A stretch of 64,000 bases of DNA from a virus, in the IMG/VR virus record IMGVR_UViG_3300026473_000477, positions 1 through 64,000 of that record; one strand, written 5' to 3'. A model generated the notes under the pieces. The model did not search any database and was not told where the DNA came from. It worked only from the letters and a program-made list of their open reading frames with translations. Shown one piece after another: positions 17,489 to 27,481 of the stretch; position 1 is the first letter of the stretch, and each line of letters starts with the position of its first letter. Both the position numbers and the translations under genes were made by a program.

Positions 17489-18536
17489 AGATTAATAAAT
17501 TTCCAGTTGGTCTAATCGCCTTCATTATTAGTCCATCTAGTCCTTTTTGTAGAAAAAAAGAAAATACATAAATATTATAAGGATGATCATTTTCTTTAAG
17601 GTACAATCCTAAGTTCTTTCTATCTTCAGGAAGTAGATCGAATTGTTTTTTATTTAATGCTTCGTATGATATTTTTTTACAATACATTCCAATATTGTAT
17701 TCTAATTCTTCGTAGTTTTTCTCTAATTTTTTAGCTATTTCTTTATAGGGATCTGAAAACTCTTCAGGAATACTAGCCATGAGCTTAGAGCATACCTTTC
17801 CGTCTTTCATAGATTCCCACAAAGTTAATGGAGATAATCCTGATTTAATTCTGTGCATTTTAACATACTCATCACCTTTAAACTTCGCTCTTGTTCCATC
17901 TTCAAACTTTACAACATAGCCTTCTTCGTTAAATGGTAGTTCTTTAAGTTTTTTCTGTAATTGTCCCAAGTCTGAAAAATCATAAGTTTTAGCTTCTGAA
18001 TCAAATGCATGGAGAGAATCCTCTGCTCCATTTTTTGTATCAAATGATGTCAAAAATACAAGTTTTTCTTCTCCTTTATAGTCAACAACAATGCGATTTT
18101 CTGGATAAATAATCTCAACTAAATATGTTTTATTTATTGAAAGATTTCCCATAAAGGGTTCAAGAAGCTCTAGTCCTTTTTTAGCTTGATCTGATTCAAA
18201 ACTTCCACGAGTATTTACTCTCCATTCTCCATCATAGAAATATATAATCCCTAATGAACCATCCATTTTTTCGGCTACAGTAAATCTTTGGGACATTAAT
18301 TCAGTCTGTCTTTCGGGACTAAGCTCTGAAAAATTAAAGAATTTAGGAAAAGCACGAGCTACGATATTGCCTGTGGATAATTCATATACAGAGCCTCTAG
18401 CATTTAGTGTAACTTCGTCCCAAGCTTTCTCCCATTGGCACTTTTCAGTGTAATCAAATAACACAAGCTTTCCACAAGTAGAAATTTTTTTAGAGATAAG
18501 TCCCTGTTCCACATATTTATCAAATCTACTTAACAT
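17487..18536 (-). CDS. rnl1: T4 Rnl1-like RNA ligase
   Basis: NARG, AFPKFFN, motif I EKMDGSLG, TRGSF, EIIYPENRIVVDY, EEGYVV, KFKG. Confidence 0.92.
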   Translation of the reverse strand: MLSRFDKYVEQGLISKKISTCGKLVLFDYTEKCQWEKAWDEVTLNARGSVYELSTGNIVARAFPKFFNFSELSPERQTELMSQRFTVAEKMDGSLGIIYFYDGEWRVNTRGSFESDQAKKGLELLEPFMGNLSINKTYLVEIIYPENRIVVDYKGEEKLVFLTSFDTKNGAEDSLHAFDSEAKTYDFSDLGQLQKKLKELPFNEEGYVVKFEDGTRAKFKGDEYVKMHRIKSGLSPLTLWESMKDGKVCSKLMASIPEEFSDPYKEIAKKLEKNYEELEYNIGMYCKKISYEALNKKQFDLLPEDRKNLGLYLKENDHPYNIYVFSFFLQKGLDGLIMKAIRPTGNLLI

Positions 18537-19506
18537 TTAGCTCTCTTTTGTAAAACTTAAGCAATATCTCATCTAAGTATATACGTTCCAATCTTTCTGG
18601 TAAAGTACTTTCTTTACACAATCTTTCAAGTTCCTCAAGTCCAGCTTCAATTTCTGGCTCTAACTCTTTGTAATCAATCTCTCCTGCTTTAATCTTTTTT
18701 AAACGAATAAGATTTTCACCAATATGCGGTAAAGTAATAGTTCCAGTTGAAAGTAGTTCTTGACCTTGATATAAGCATCTCATGGCATGGGACAAAGCTT
18801 TCCAATCTATACCGTTATTATGTTTAGCTTCTCTTGCTCTTTGTCCATATTTTTTATACTCATCATTTAGACACTTAGTAATAACTTGGAAAGGAGTGTC
18901 TTGATCAAACCTTTTACCAAGAACATTAATTGCTGGCTTAGAAGAAGTAGAAGTAGGATGTAAAGTAGTAAAGTTTACATACTTAAAGTCTCTAAAAGCT
19001 ACGACAAGTTCGTTCCACGAATGCTTTAGTTTCGCTCCTTTAAAATCATGAGAATGTTCTAATTCTTTGAGAATCTTAACTACATTATTAAGCTCTCCCA
19101 TTCTAGAACCTTTAATTCCGTATTTGTTGGCTTGCTGTCTAGCATATCCTATCATTGCGTTAATTTTCTTACTGACGAGTGTTTCTCTGATTGATAAAAT
19201 ATCATCCCATTCTTTTGACTTTTCAATAATAAATTGATCTGGAGTAAACAATAACTCTAACGCTGCTGTATCTCCGTTTTCTATCATATTTAAGAATTTA
19301 CGAAGACTATATAGCTCAGTGTCTACATCGTCTTTTGTATTCTTAGAATAATCATTTCCTGTAGAATATCTAATAGTATCTGAATAATTACCTAAAATAA
19401 TATCATCATTACTAGGAATAAAGACCCCTTTGTAGTCCATATCAGAGCTAGGAGTGTTCGTTCCAAATAAATGAGATCCTGCAATGGATTTAATTAAAAT
19501 TTTCAT
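18526..19506 (-). CDS. Pol-beta superfamily nucleotidyltransferase (RlaP / T4 NrdC.11-like)
   Basis: GSHLFGTNTPSSDMDYKG, GYARQQA, DWKALSHAMR. Confidence 0.88.
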   Translation of the reverse strand: MKILIKSIAGSHLFGTNTPSSDMDYKGVFIPSNDDIILGNYSDTIRYSTGNDYSKNTKDDVDTELYSLRKFLNMIENGDTAALELLFTPDQFIIEKSKEWDDILSIRETLVSKKINAMIGYARQQANKYGIKGSRMGELNNVVKILKELEHSHDFKGAKLKHSWNELVVAFRDFKYVNFTTLHPTSTSSKPAINVLGKRFDQDTPFQVITKCLNDEYKKYGQRAREAKHNNGIDWKALSHAMRCLYQGQELLSTGTITLPHIGENLIRLKKIKAGEIDYKELEPEIEAGLEELERLCKESTLPERLERIYLDEILLKFYKRELNVK

Positions 19507-19509
19507 ATT

Positions 19510-19671
19510 CTATAATCCAATTTCAGCACAATCGAAGTTATATATAAATACAGTTTTTTCTTGTTTAGATAACATTGTTTGCACTGGGCTTCTATAAAGA
19601 AGAATATTATGAAATCCTCCAGTGAAGTAAGGTTTTATATCTAAAAATGCAAAACTTCCAATAAAACTCAT
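19510..19671 (-). CDS. Small hypothetical protein (53 aa), not in ORF track
   Basis: MSFIGSFAFLDIKPYFTGG... fills the gap between PNK and nucleotidyltransferase. Confidence 0.45.
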   Translation of the reverse strand: MSFIGSFAFLDIKPYFTGGFHNILLYRSPVQTMLSKQEKTVFIYNFDCAEIGL

Positions 19672-19672
19672 A

Positions 19673-20608
19673 TTAAAAATTTCCAGGTCTGACTTGAAAA
19701 CAGTTTAATCCTAACTCTCTCCATTTTATCACAACTTGATCTCGATCGTCAAGTACATACTTAACATTATAAAAAGGTTCAATTTCGTATCTATATAACA
19801 TAGCTTTAGTAATATCGTCAGACTTATAGTTAATCTTAGGGCGCATCTTTAAAGCTGTATATGGGATATTATGCTTGGCTAACCATTCTTCAGTTTCCTT
19901 TCTATAATCTTCTGGTCTTCCAGAACACAAAACTACTTCAGTCCCGGCTTCAAATTCCATTTCTAAAATCCCTCGAACATCTTCATATACTGAATCATTT
20001 ATACATTCCCTAAAGAACTTACCCCAATCTTTCTTACCTTCACCTTTTACATGATTAAGTCTATGATCGAGATTAGCAAGCGTACCATCTATGTCTACCA
20101 TTATTGCAGACTTTGATGAAAATTTATCAGAGATTCTAATTACTTCGCCCTCTTCTTCGGTAACTTCCTCATATCTAGAGAAGAAAGTATTTAATGCTGA
20201 GGTAGCAGAATTAGATTTGTGTGTATCTATAGTATCTTTAAAGTGTTTAAGAGAATACTCATCCCCTGGAACTGGTCTACCGAGTATCCCATTAATTGTA
20301 GGATGACCTTCTCTATCCATACAACGATCATAACAAATCTGTCTAGGAACTACAAACTCGACAAAGTTTACATCATATCCATTTTTAATCGCTTCAAGTC
20401 TGTATTTATCTCGTTGTTGTTTATCAAAGTTCATTCTATCGACTACGATATCTGAACCAGCATTCATGCTGGATTTAAATAAATCTAAATGACCTTGTTT
20501 ACCTTGATCATCTTGAGATATTCTAATATATCCAGAATTTTCAAGTGATTTAGCGTATGTAGACTTTCCTGATCCTGGTGGTCCAATCAATATAGTTAGT
20601 TTATTCAT
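19673..20608 (-). CDS. pseT: Polynucleotide 5'-kinase / 3'-phosphatase (T4 PseT-like)
   Basis: P-loop GPPGSGKST; HAD DIDGTL, SGR, DDR. Confidence 0.92.
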   Translation of the reverse strand: MNKLTILIGPPGSGKSTYAKSLENSGYIRISQDDQGKQGHLDLFKSSMNAGSDIVVDRMNFDKQQRDKYRLEAIKNGYDVNFVEFVVPRQICYDRCMDREGHPTINGILGRPVPGDEYSLKHFKDTIDTHKSNSATSALNTFFSRYEEVTEEEGEVIRISDKFSSKSAIMVDIDGTLANLDHRLNHVKGEGKKDWGKFFRECINDSVYEDVRGILEMEFEAGTEVVLCSGRPEDYRKETEEWLAKHNIPYTALKMRPKINYKSDDITKAMLYRYEIEPFYNVKYVLDDRDQVVIKWRELGLNCFQVRPGNF

Positions 20609-20613
20609 GTTTC

Positions 20614-20889
20614 CTACTTTTTTAATTTCTCAAATCTTTCTTTATATTCCTTAAACTCATTAGCATCACGCTCTTTCTCAAATTGGAACTTCTCCAGTCT
20701 AGCTATATATTTCCTACAATGATGAATTAAACTCTGCATGAAATCTTTAAAGTATTCATGAGTATAGTTATTATACTTTTCGATAATTTTAACATACCTT
20801 TTAAGATTTTTCAAGTCACTAGGTTGTTTTCCAGACTTTCGATCCTTATTGTACCTAACTTCATTTTCATCTTTAATGTCATATCCCAT
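20614..20889 (-). CDS. Hypothetical protein
   Basis: TAATG-coupled ORF in the same operon. Confidence 0.65.
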   Translation of the reverse strand: MGYDIKDENEVRYNKDRKSGKQPSDLKNLKRYVKIIEKYNNYTHEYFKDFMQSLIHHCRKYIARLEKFQFEKERDANEFKEYKERFEKLKK

Positions 20890-21434
20890 TAACTACCTAC
20901 TTTCCAAGTTTCTCGGTTATATTTATAATTACCTAATATTTTATTTGAATTAAAACAAAGTCCTTTATCCTTAAACTGAATCCTATATTGGGGATAAATA
21001 TATAAATTACCGTCTTTTCCCATAAGCGCATGAGTCTGCTTCCAATGCTCGGAATTTCGACTTAAATCGTTATTGCCAATATAATCGATTGTAAATAAAT
21101 ATTCAGCTTCAATAAGCTTTTTGCTGGAAGTCTTAACAACGCAACTCATATATCTTAATGTATCAAAACAAATAACCTGAATTTCTGATCCAATGTTATC
21201 CCACATTAAAACTTCTTCCAGTGGCTTAATTTCAGCCTTTTCATTAAAAGCTATAGCATTGACTGGTAAACCTGTAAATAACGCACCATCATCAGTTAAA
21301 ACGCTAATTTGAATGGCTTGATTCTGCAATGCTCGACAAGAAATAAGATGAGCATAAGTATAGCCTTTTTTCTTGTCCCAATAAAGAAACTCATTCCTTA
21401 CCCATACTTGAATTGGAGGAAGATTATCGTTCAC
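20889..21434 (-). CDS. Conserved phage protein of unknown function
   Basis: NLPPIQVWVRNEFLY...GALFTGLP...YLFTID pattern; GTGA coupling. Confidence 0.7.
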   Translation of the reverse strand: MNDNLPPIQVWVRNEFLYWDKKKGYTYAHLISCRALQNQAIQISVLTDDGALFTGLPVNAIAFNEKAEIKPLEEVLMWDNIGSEIQVICFDTLRYMSCVVKTSSKKLIEAEYLFTIDYIGNNDLSRNSEHWKQTHALMGKDGNLYIYPQYRIQFKDKGLCFNSNKILGNYKYNRETWKVGS

Positions 21435-21556
21435 TTTTTTCCTTTTTCTAGCTTTTTTTGCACATATTTTATTAAATTATAGCCTAAAATAGCTGGAATT
21501 GCCCCAGGAATTATTAATATTGCTACTATTTGGACTATATCATTCTTTTTTTTCAT
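21431..21556 (-). CDS. Small single-TM protein (41 aa), not in ORF track
   Basis: MKKKNDIVQIVAILIIPGAIPAILGYNLIKYVQKKLEKGKK. Confidence 0.5.
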   Translation of the reverse strand: MKKKNDIVQIVAILIIPGAIPAILGYNLIKYVQKKLEKGKK

Positions 21557-21564
21557 AAGTTATT

Positions 21565-21646
21565 AAAAAAACTAGGCATAACCTGAAGAGGGATTGGCTA
21601 TGCCTAGCAAGGATTAAGCTAAGTATAGATTCCTATAAGTAGCTGT
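21565..21646 (-). ncRNA. ~80-nt leader/small RNA: hairpin, linker, intrinsic terminator
   Basis: After perfect promoter; AGCTA/TAGCT plus TATAG/CTATA hairpin, linker TAATCCTTG, CTAGGCATAGCC/GGTTATGCCTAG stem then T7. Confidence 0.7.
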
Positions 21647-21652
21647 AATTGC

Positions 21653-21681
21653 ATTATATATTACATATTGTAATTTGTCAA
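21653..21681 (-). promoter_or_regulatory. sigma70 consensus promoter for leader RNA / RNA-repair operon
   Basis: TTGACA-17-TATAAT. Confidence 0.88.
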
Positions 21682-21716
21682 TAAATAAATTAATAAAATT
21701 GAAAAATAATCTCTGT

Positions 21717-21738
21717 AATATCGCTATTATATAATATA
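21717..21738 (+). promoter_or_regulatory. Putative late promoter motif copy 6
   Basis: AATATCGCTATTATATAATATA. Confidence 0.75.
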
Positions 21739-21758
21739 GGCTTTTTCTGTGAGGTAAT

Positions 21759-22232
21759 ATGTCAAAGAATGTAACTGTAGGGAATCAGGATTTTGAGATT
21801 CCTGAAGCTGGAGCAAACCCAGGATATGCGGAAGAACTTACAGATTTCTTTGTAGCCGTTGCTGATAGTTTAGCTTCAATTGTTGGACCAAATGACATCG
21901 CTCTCACAACTGCTGTTATTAACAATAACGTAATGACTCCAACTCCAATTCCAGGATTTTCCTTCTCAACTGCTTCAGTTCGTGCAATTAATGCTGAATT
22001 TCTAGTGGAAAGGTTTACAACTTCGCCAGTTCAATCATTTGTTGAAAGTGGAAAAATTGAGGGAAATTTCGACGGATCAAACTGGACAATAACTATTCAA
22101 ACTGAAGGCGATGCTCAAATTGACTTTGACATTCAGCCATCAGGTCAAATCGTCTACACAACAAGTAACATAGTCGGACTAGGTTATTCTGGAAGTGTTA
22201 GATTCAGAGCTAAAACAGTAAGTAATACTTAA
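21759..22232 (+). CDS. Virion structural protein
   Basis: Beta-rich, first gene of fibre operon, SD GAGG. Confidence 0.6.
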   Translation: MSKNVTVGNQDFEIPEAGANPGYAEELTDFFVAVADSLASIVGPNDIALTTAVINNNVMTPTPIPGFSFSTASVRAINAEFLVERFTTSPVQSFVESGKIEGNFDGSNWTITIQTEGDAQIDFDIQPSGQIVYTTSNIVGLGYSGSVRFRAKTVSNT

Positions 22233-22242
22233 TAGGAGATAT

Positions 22243-25200
22243 ATGATTTCTAAAAAGAGATTTAAAAGAGGAATTGTAATTAAGCCAGATACCGAAGTCT
22301 TGGAAGGGATTAATGGTGAGCTTAAAGTAGATTCAGCTGATAGTAAAATTAAAACTACTCTTGGCGGAACTCCTCATGAAGTTATAACTAATGATCAAAT
22401 GCAGACATTGACTAATAAATCAATTGATGCTGATAATAATACTATTTCCAATTTAGAGGTAGATAACCTTAAGGCTGGAGTTCTTGACACAGACCTTAAC
22501 ATGGTATCTCCAATGGATGATACTATTCCTTCGGCTAAGGCTACAAAAGCTTACGTTGACGCTGCTGCTGCAACTGCTGATGCTAACCTTCAGGCGCACA
22601 TAAACGATGCTATCGACGCTCACGATGCCTCTGCTATCTCTAACATACCTTTTGGAACAATCTCTTCTACAGACGTACAATCTGCTATTAATGAGCTAGA
22701 TGGCGACATTCAAGGTCACATTAATGACATGATTGATGCTCATGATGCTTCAGCTATTTCTGTTATTCCAACTGGAAATCTTTTATCAGATAACGTACAA
22801 GATGCTTTAGTTGAACTTCAACTTGAAAATGATACACAAGTTGTTGGTCCAGCAATGGCTACCGATAATGCTATTGCTAGATTTGATGGGACTACTGGCA
22901 AACTTATTCAGGACTCTAATGTAACAGTTAGCGATCTTGGGGACGTTGTTACTCCAGCTTCAGTTACAGCTGATACAATTACTGGAACAAGTTCAGTAAC
23001 CTCGCCAATAGTCAATGCTAATACTAAATTAAATACTCCTGAAGTGTCGTCTGCTGGTTCTCTTACTTTAAGCCCAGCTACTCATACTTCAAATTCAAAT
23101 AAACAAATTAAAGATGTTGCTGATCCAACTGATCCTCAAGATGCTGCTACAAAAGCTTATGTTGATGGAGCTTCTGCCAATGTTGAAATTCTTGACGAGG
23201 GAGTTTCGATTACTGGAACTGTAGAATCAATTAACTTTGTTGGAGCTGGAGTTACAGCTACAGCAGTTGGTAATGATGTTACAGTAAATATTCCGGGTGG
23301 AGGAGGAGGTGGAGGTACTGGTGTTGGAGATCTTGATACTATCTTTACCGATGACTTTGAAACTTCAGTTTTAGCTGATTACATCCAAGTCGGACTTGCA
23401 ATTGTAACAGCAAATGCTTTACATGATAACTTCTCTGCTAGACTCATTCATCAAACAGCTACTCCAACCCCAGGATTAACTCAATACTTTGAGCGTACAA
23501 TTCCTTTAGATGATGCCTTTCAAAAGAAGGTTGTAGAGTTTGCAGTTAAGCTAAAATCTACTGCCTCTAGTGGTAACATTACAGTATCAGTTAAAGATCA
23601 ACTCGGAGCTACTTTATACTCAGGAGTTCTTGAATCTAACTCAAGACAGATTGCTAACCTAACTACGACTACTGGTTCTGCTACTGTTGGAGGATTTACT
23701 AACGCTAACATCATGACTGTTGAGGTTAATCAATTAGTCACTGGTACAGGTATTCCAACTGGTACTTATATCACGGCAGTCAATACTGGGGCTTTGACAG
23801 TAACATTATCAGCTAACGCTACTGCGACTGGTACAACTACACTTTCATTTTCATCTGAGTCATTAGAGCAGAAATTTACTTTCACTACTCTTGAGAATAC
23901 TACTTCTCTCGTTTATCGCATCAATGCCTTAGTTCAAAATGGATTACCAGAATCATACTTTGATGATGTTGTAATTAAACTGGCTGATGCTTATGAGAAT
24001 AATGTTGCGTTAATTGAAGAGGAGGATACTGCGATTGTTGCCGCTGGTAATAACGGAGAAGTAATCACGGTAGACGTTACTAATATCCCATTTAACTTAG
24101 TTTCAAGTAAGGGATCGGATATTTTATCTGGTGTCGGTACATATACAGCACTTGAGAGTGGTCTTTATAACTTTACTGGATCAGTATTTTTTACTGCTGC
24201 AGCTACAAGAGCTATTAGAATTTATGTAAATGGAGTAGTTTTAAGAACTGTTTCCGACTCTCCTAACGCTGCACAATTTAAGTTTGATGTTTCTAATATT
24301 AACCTCATGGCTGGTGATATTGTATCATTCAGGGCTAACGCTACTGGTGGAACTTTATCAAACAGCACGACACTTCACTGGATTAATATTTCAAAACAAG
24401 GCTCACTTAAACAAATCGTTACTAACGGAGAGTCTAAAATCTCCATTCCAACATCAGAGCTAAGATTTGAAGGTGCTTCAACTAGAGGTACAACAAATAC
24501 GCAAGTAGTTAGATTTGACAACGTAACAAAGGTTCGTGGCGGAGATTTGACTTACACGAATACTGCGACTAATGGTACAGAAATTACGTTCCTAAAATCG
24601 GGGCTTGTAAACATTCAAACTCAGTACATTACAGTTGCAGGACAAAATGTCTATATCGCCAAGAATGCTCTAACTCAAGCGGCAACAAATGGAGAAACTG
24701 CCTTAGCAATTAACGTAAACGGATCAACTGGTAACTTCACTGAAGCTATCTATTCTGGATTTATTAAGGCAGGAGATGTTGTTAGAGTTCTCGCAGGGGT
24801 TAACCCAACGGCTGATATTAGAAACTCTCTCAATATCACATTCCAAGCTCAAGAAATTCAAGTATCAGTATCTAATACTTTACCTCAATTCTCTGACTCA
24901 GATACAAGCATTAGATTGGATACAGCTAATGGTTACGGATCGGTTGGAACTAAGATTAGAAGGTTTTTAAATCTTAGAGAGAATTTTGATAAAGATGTAA
25001 CTTATATACCAAGTGCTATTAATGGTGACTCATTCTTAATTCTTGAGGATGGGATTTATAACATCAGTTATACCGACTATCAAAACGCTGTAAGGGTTGG
25101 TATTACGTTAAACTCTAACAATATATCAACAAACGTATCTACTTTAGCCCTTAATCCGAACAATGAGGTTTTAGCTCTTGTTGCCACAGGGGTTATTGAT

Positions 25201-26727
25201 ATTGAATGTGCATCATGGCAAGGAAGACTTAGTAAGGGCGATGTAATTCGTGCGCATACCGACGGAGCTGCGGCTACGGATAATGATGCCGTTAAATTCA
25301 CAATCTCTAAAGTCGGCAAGCCTAACGTAGAAGCTGTTGATGTCACTCCATTTATTGATATTCCTCAAGAGAAAAGACAGACTGCGGTTTATACAGCTTT
25401 AACGTACACTACAGCTACATTCCCAGTTAAGATTAGCTCACTTGCCACTTCTACAACTGGGTCTTCAATCTTTACAGTAGATAACTCTGGTGCTTCATCT
25501 AGGATAGTTGCTCTTAAGGATTGCACTTTAGATATTCATTATAACTCACTAATCTCTGCGTCTGGTGCGAGCTTAATCGTAAGAAAGAATGGTATTGCGG
25601 TTAATATTTTGGCTGGAACATCCACGCATAACACTGGACAAGGCGATACTGTTTCTGGTGAGTTGTTTTTAGCGACAGGTGAATATATTGAAATTGGATC
25701 AAGCGCTGGAACTGTTTCAAGTGCTGGTGCTAACGGATCATTAGTATTATCCGCCAAAGCTAACTCATCTCAAATTCTATCTGAGGTTGAGACATTCAGT
25801 ACTGATACTGCATCATTAACTTACGCCTCAAGTGCTTTATATACATTAGCTACTTTACCTAACTCTCCAATTGGCACATATATCACATTTACGTATGCAG
25901 CTAATACGAATACAAGAACTCAGACAACTACTAGACCTACTCAGACTGATGCTGACATGAATGCAAATGGTTTCTTGATTACAGCAAGAGCTTATAATGC
26001 TGCTTCTGTGGCGGCTACTCCAAGTACGTTTGTTGTGAACGTAGGCAAAGGGTACAGTGGTCAGCTTTTAGAGATATTTAAAAATGCTGGGCAACTTCTA
26101 AAGGGTAGCTTTGATTATTACGTTCTTGGAACAAATGGGTATGGAGCATTAGTTAAAGACTATAACCCTACGACTGGTCTATTATTTATTGATGCTGGTG
26201 CGGTTGATGCTACAGTAACAAACGTTCATTTATTTACGTTTGAAGATGTTTCTCAAGCATCTACAGGTTACGTTACATTCACAGCATCTAAAAACCCTGC
26301 ACTTACAGGAGTATTTGTTCCAGAGGTAATCTCTGCATCTTACTTCTTATCAGCTAACCAATCAGTAACAGCTAACACCCAAATTAACTTTGATAGCAAA
26401 GAGTTTGATACTCACAATGCTGTAACAACAGGGGTTGGAGTTTGGAAGTTTACTGCACCAGAGAGTGGATTTTATTCACTTCAAGGAGTTACTGACCAGG
26501 TTACTGCTGGAATTTTTCTTGTTGCTTATAAAAATGGAGTGGCTCACAAGTCGGTAAGTTATGATTCAACTGGAAACTTGGCTGGTATAGTTAGTGCAGT
26601 AATTAAGTTAAACAAGGGTGAGTTTATTGATGTTAGACCAGCCGTAACTGCTACATTTAATGGTGCTGGACTTCAAGCAGGTAACGCTGGTGTCACTCAT
26701 ATTTCAATCACAAGGGTAGGTAAATAA
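22243..26727 (+). CDS. Long tail fibre / adhesin with C1q-like domains
   Basis: HINDAIDAHDASAIS repeats, DPTDPQDAATKAYVD fibre motif, Gly linker, C-terminal FDSKEFDT...FTAPESGFY...IKLNKGEFI. Confidence 0.8.
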   Translation: MISKKRFKRGIVIKPDTEVLEGINGELKVDSADSKIKTTLGGTPHEVITNDQMQTLTNKSIDADNNTISNLEVDNLKAGVLDTDLNMVSPMDDTIPSAKATKAYVDAAAATADANLQAHINDAIDAHDASAISNIPFGTISSTDVQSAINELDGDIQGHINDMIDAHDASAISVIPTGNLLSDNVQDALVELQLENDTQVVGPAMATDNAIARFDGTTGKLIQDSNVTVSDLGDVVTPASVTADTITGTSSVTSPIVNANTKLNTPEVSSAGSLTLSPATHTSNSNKQIKDVADPTDPQDAATKAYVDGASANVEILDEGVSITGTVESINFVGAGVTATAVGNDVTVNIPGGGGGGGTGVGDLDTIFTDDFETSVLADYIQVGLAIVTANALHDNFSARLIHQTATPTPGLTQYFERTIPLDDAFQKKVVEFAVKLKSTASSGNITVSVKDQLGATLYSGVLESNSRQIANLTTTTGSATVGGFTNANIMTVEVNQLVTGTGIPTGTYITAVNTGALTVTLSANATATGTTTLSFSSESLEQKFTFTTLENTTSLVYRINALVQNGLPESYFDDVVIKLADAYENNVALIEEEDTAIVAAGNNGEVITVDVTNIPFNLVSSKGSDILSGVGTYTALESGLYNFTGSVFFTAAATRAIRIYVNGVVLRTVSDSPNAAQFKFDVSNINLMAGDIVSFRANATGGTLSNSTTLHWINISKQGSLKQIVTNGESKISIPTSELRFEGASTRGTTNTQVVRFDNVTKVRGGDLTYTNTATNGTEITFLKSGLVNIQTQYITVAGQNVYIAKNALTQAATNGETALAINVNGSTGNFTEAIYSGFIKAGDVVRVLAGVNPTADIRNSLNITFQAQEIQVSVSNTLPQFSDSDTSIRLDTANGYGSVGTKIRRFLNLRENFDKDVTYIPSAINGDSFLILEDGIYNISYTDYQNAVRVGITLNSNNISTNVSTLALNPNNEVLALVATGVIDIECASWQGRLSKGDVIRAHTDGAAATDNDAVKFTISKVGKPNVEAVDVTPFIDIPQEKRQTAVYTALTYTTATFPVKISSLATSTTGSSIFTVDNSGASSRIVALKDCTLDIHYNSLISASGASLIVRKNGIAVNILAGTSTHNTGQGDTVSGELFLATGEYIEIGSSAGTVSSAGANGSLVLSAKANSSQILSEVETFSTDTASLTYASSALYTLATLPNSPIGTYITFTYAANTNTRTQTTTRPTQTDADMNANGFLITARAYNAASVAATPSTFVVNVGKGYSGQLLEIFKNAGQLLKGSFDYYVLGTNGYGALVKDYNPTTGLLFIDAGAVDATVTNVHLFTFEDVSQASTGYVTFTASKNPALTGVFVPEVISASYFLSANQSVTANTQINFDSKEFDTHNAVTTGVGVWKFTAPESGFYSLQGVTDQVTAGIFLVAYKNGVAHKSVSYDSTGNLAGIVSAVIKLNKGEFIDVRPAVTATFNGAGLQAGNAGVTHISITRVGK

Positions 26728-27155
26728 TGTTTCGCTTACATATTAAATCACTCATTCATGGTAATGCTTGGCTTGACTTCCCAACTATGAGAGAGCTTGA
26801 GGCTAAATTATTAGAACTAAGGTCATCACTTCATTGGGGTGTAGAGGCTTATGATCAAGTCATTGAAGCTCAAGACGCTGTACTGGATGAGGAAGGTAAC
26901 GTCATCCAAGAGGCGGTTGAGGCTCAAGTTATTCATCATGAAGGTTCGGTTGAATACGAGATTGAAGACCTGACTAATAAGGTTAATCAAGAAAAGATTA
27001 ATAAGGAAGCTTTACAGTTTCTTAACGATTCGGATTGGAAAATTTTACGTCACAAAGATCAGCTTGATTTAGGTGTTGAAACTAGTCTAACTGCTGAAGA
27101 GTTTACAGCTCTTATCCAAGAAAGACAAAATGCCAGACTTAGGATTGTTAAATGA
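26727..27155 (+). CDS. Putative tail fibre assembly chaperone
   Basis: TAATG-coupled to fibre; FLNDSDWKILR...RQNAR tail typical of Tfa-like proteins. Confidence 0.6.
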   Translation: MFRLHIKSLIHGNAWLDFPTMRELEAKLLELRSSLHWGVEAYDQVIEAQDAVLDEEGNVIQEAVEAQVIHHEGSVEYEIEDLTNKVNQEKINKEALQFLNDSDWKILRHKDQLDLGVETSLTAEEFTALIQERQNARLRIVK

Positions 27156-27439
27156 TTGCTAAAATAAAAGAAATCATTAATAAGCTAAACGATAAAGGTA
27201 TTCCTCTGCCTCTCGTGAGAAATCATGGGGTTGGCTCTGTTTCCTTAACAGTTTTCATTTTATCAACAATTACAATGATTTTATCTTTATTTAAAGTTGG
27301 TAATTTAAACGCTTGGGAATCTTTAGCTTGGTTTGTAACTTGTGCTGCTCTTTATCACAATAAACGAGTTAAATTTACTAAGGACGAGTTTTCCATTGGC
27401 GAAGAAAAAGCTGCCAATAGTCCTGAAGTTAAAGAATAA
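27152..27439 (+). CDS. Putative holin-like membrane protein
   Basis: Two hydrophobic helices, 95 aa. Confidence 0.45.
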   Translation: MIAKIKEIINKLNDKGIPLPLVRNHGVGSVSLTVFILSTITMILSLFKVGNLNAWESLAWFVTCAALYHNKRVKFTKDEFSIGEEKAANSPEVKE

Positions 27440-27454
27440 CACATAGCACTATAA

Positions 27455-27476
27455 TTTATTGCTATAATATAAGTGA
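27455..27476 (+). promoter_or_regulatory. Putative late promoter motif copy 7
   Basis: TTTATTGCTATAATATAAGTGA. Confidence 0.55.
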
Positions 27477-27481
27477 CTAAT

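Noticed and set aside
21572-21644. Plus-strand CsrA/Rsm sponge RNA (GGA motifs in loop and linker)
   Set aside because: Promoter, U-tract and the G-U pair in the stem all favour the - strand
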